A stretch of 64,000 bases of DNA from Anthoceros angustus (lineage: Eukaryota; Plantae; Anthocerotophyta): the NCBI GenBank assembly GCA_010909165.1, contig MU008205.1, forward strand, positions 124,001-188,000. Reading direction: 5' to 3'. The position numbers and the translations under genes were made by a program. Below the pieces are notes generated by a model that saw only the letters and a list, made by a program, of their open reading frames with translations, was not told the origin of the DNA and did not search any database. Positions 61,553 through 64,000 of the stretch are shown here, in pieces; the stretch's first letter is position 1, and each line of letters starts with the position of its first letter.

Positions 61553-62007
61553 CGCCACAGAAAAGTCCCGTCTGAATGGGATCGCATTCAGCAGTTGAAA
61601 TGTTTTTAACTGTGACAGATCGTGTGTCAGCACCATGAAACAATCCTTCTGCTTTGCCAAGTGGTTCCCTCTGTAAATAAGTTCCGCTGCCTAGCATTAC
61701 TCATAAAGACGAATGCTAAACTTAACGTGCAATCTGAATGACCATTTGTACAGGAGACTCTGATGAAAAGGGTGCCATAGCCCTATCTCTGATCAGGTGA
61801 CACGGCGGTCTGAAAATCAAATCAAGAGCATTCCAGAACCGACAGAAATAAGTGCACAATCAGGGAACTAGTCTACAAAACTTATACCAGAGTCTAACTT
61901 GCTCGGCGTTAGAACTTCAGAATGAGGGAGGTACAGAAGTTGGAAATAGAAGAGGCTGCAACGATGGAGAGGTCCGGGATAAAAGACCCTGCTGATGCAT
62001 CCGATAT

Positions 62008-62120
62008 GGCCAGGTACCGAACCTTCAACCCCGCTTCGAATCTGACAAGGCCAGGTCCCAATCCTTCAATCCTGCTTCGAATCTGACATGGCCAGGTCCC
62101 AATCCTTCAATCCTGCTTCA
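62008..62120. repeat. Tandem repeat, ~3 x 41 bp, just downstream of the YIP4 stop codon
   Basis: ggccaggt.cc.a.ccttcaa.cc.gcttcgaatctgaca starts at 62008, 62049 and 62090. Confidence 0.9.
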
Positions 62121-62168
62121 ATACCAGAACCACAACCAGAGCATGCAATTCCCATTGCAACCTGGACC

Positions 62169-62963
62169 CTAATTATTGGCAAGGACAAGGAAACCTATAG
62201 AGATGTATAAGAGAAGAACAGGAAAGACTGCCAGGGCTCTCCGGGCAGGAGGCACAGCTCCACTCACAAAGGGATAAGCTGCCCAGGAGCTCCACATCAG
62301 AGTGACCAAAACCGCGATGCCGCGAAATAGCTTTGGCCAGTTAAACATGCAGAACACAGCTCCAACATCCAAAGGGAAAAGACAGTACCCCAGCACACTG
62401 AGGCTCTGGAAAAATATGATGGTCCCCCCGAGCAGCTGGACATTCAATGTGAGTAAAATGGCGCCAGCAGAGAGCGTCGCAAATACCACAGCAAAGGTCT
62501 CCGACCTATTCTGGCTGGCAGAAGTGGACAACACAAGAGCCAGCAGGATGATGAAGAAGAAAGGCCCCCACAGATCCCAGTCCCTCAAAGCCTTGCCCGG
62601 ATCCTCGCGATACGGGTTAGGAAACACGACATTGAGCAAATTATTCCACACCCGGAACAGATCTCTCTTGATGGTCTCCCACACGGGCTCCGTGAGCGTG
62701 TCGTACTCGTGGCCGCCACCAAACCCCTGCGCTGCGATCGTCGGCTCGGAGGTGGAGCTCCCAGATCCCGGTATCTGAGACGACAGCGAGGAGTAGAGCA
62801 GCGGAGCCGTGGACACCGGCACCGTAACCCGCGGCGGGCTGGACGGCCTCGCCGGCTGCTCTGCCGACGCTTCCTTCCTGGGAGGCGGCACCGTCAGGCT
62901 GAAGAGGCTCTCGATCTCGTCTATGTCCGACTGCGAGGTAGGCACCTTGGCGTAGGGATCCAT
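62169..62963 (-). CDS. YIP4: Yip1-domain protein YIP4 (YIPF6-like), intronless
   Basis: [80 protein letters not shown]. The ORF is intact, 264 aa from ATG 62963. Confidence 0.95.
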   Translation of the reverse strand: MDPYAKVPTSQSDIDEIESLFSLTVPPPRKEASAEQPARPSSPPRVTVPVSTAPLLYSSLSSQIPGSGSSTSEPTIAAQGFGGGHEYDTLTEPVWETIKRDLFRVWNNLLNVVFPNPYREDPGKALRDWDLWGPFFFIILLALVLSTSASQNRSETFAVVFATLSAGAILLTLNVQLLGGTIIFFQSLSVLGYCLFPLDVGAVFCMFNWPKLFRGIAVLVTLMWSSWAAYPFVSGAVPPARRALAVFPVLLLYISIGFLVLANN

Positions 62964-64000
62964 CTCCGCTGCCACTGCAGACTGCGCGAGAGAAGCACAC
63001 ACTCCCACGCCACCGCTGAACCCTGCCTGTTCTATTCCGCACCAGCTGCAGCAAAGCAAAGCAACGGCAAGGCAAGCAGATCAACACTCCTCCCTCCCCC
63101 GCCTATCCCGCAGCAGACGCAGTCCGCACTGCACCATCTCGGATGCAACAAACGCCCGGACGTGACCACGCTACGGAGCCCTATCCCAGAGCTCCATCAC
63201 TCCCCGCTCAGCATGTTTCACGCCTCACTTTCTCGCATGCCCCGGGTTTGCCAAGAGCCGACACGGCATTCCCAGCTGTGCATCTCCTTTCAGTGTAACG
63301 CGCGAGCCTAGCCTTGTGGGTCTTACCTCGTACACATTTTACCCTTTACCTTTACACCACAATTTACTGTATAATTACCGATACCCGTCGGTAACCGCAG
63401 GCGCTAATGGTCACAGTGCTCTTAATGCGAGCACGGATACCAAAGCGCCAACTCACCATGGTGAGCATGTCACATCGCAGCGGTCATGCCATAGCTCTCA
63501 TCCACTCTCCCGTTTGGCGCGACGGCATTTCGCGTGCCCGTCGCCGCTTCACTAACCCTAATGTAACGTATAATATAGCTATACCATATGTATTCTATAT
63601 TATACCCATATATCTACGTATTCCTAAACCTGTCTTTAGTTTGAAGAAGTGCAAACTCTGAAGGTGCCCTATCCCGCGCGCTAGTGAGGCCAGGCTCCAG
63701 TGCTCGCCGTGACCGAACTTGCAGAATGAAGCTCGACTTGAACACAGTGGTCGCTTAGTTGGAGGAGGATGAGCCTACCCAGCTCAGCTTTCTGCCTCTG
63801 CGCATCAGTGTACAGGATTACGATAGAGGCTCACATGTCTATAGAGGTTGCGTGAAATGTTTCACTGGTATCTCGCCGGGAGGGTGGTGTAAAAATGTAA
63901 GGTCATGAATGAGGCACTGCCTCTCGACTCCTCCTTCTGATTCGATTGTGAGGGCGCACGATTCATTGCTGGTAGAGATTTTATTAGGCTCACGCCTGAA

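Overview
Eukaryotic plant nuclear DNA. A non-seed land plant such as a hornwort or other bryophyte is inferred from the short GT-AG introns, GC-rich exons and bryophyte-type Crypton and GDSL sequences. The window has two sharply separated halves. (1) About 1-45.5 kb is a nested, tandem-duplicated transposon block. It holds a spliced Crypton-like tyrosine-recombinase gene (+), a Ty1/copia RT-RNaseH fragment (-), and a ~17 kb CACTA/EnSpm-type region (9212-26661, -). The CACTA region carries a TnpD-type transposase with a long acidic tail, a SET-domain exon upstream on the same strand, a 3.1 kb internal tandem duplication and GGCGCC-rich satellites. The block also contains several unclassified repeat families and an apparently spliced gene encoding a prokaryote-type beta-class N4-cytosine/N6-adenine DNA methyltransferase domain (~42.8-43.4 kb). 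(2) About 45.6-63 kb is a compact host gene cluster: class III peroxidase, DGS1, a PHD + AIPP2-type SPOC-like chromatin protein, mTERF5/MDA1, a GDSL lipase and YIP4. The most interesting signals are the two chromatin/DNA-writing enzyme domains inside the TE block (amino-MTase; SET domain possibly spliced to the CACTA transposase) and the Crypton recombinase. All TE-block genes carry many 1-2 bp indels that resemble long-read consensus errors, so intact versus pseudogene status cannot be decided here. All domain calls are by-eye motif recognition across frameshifts, not database results.
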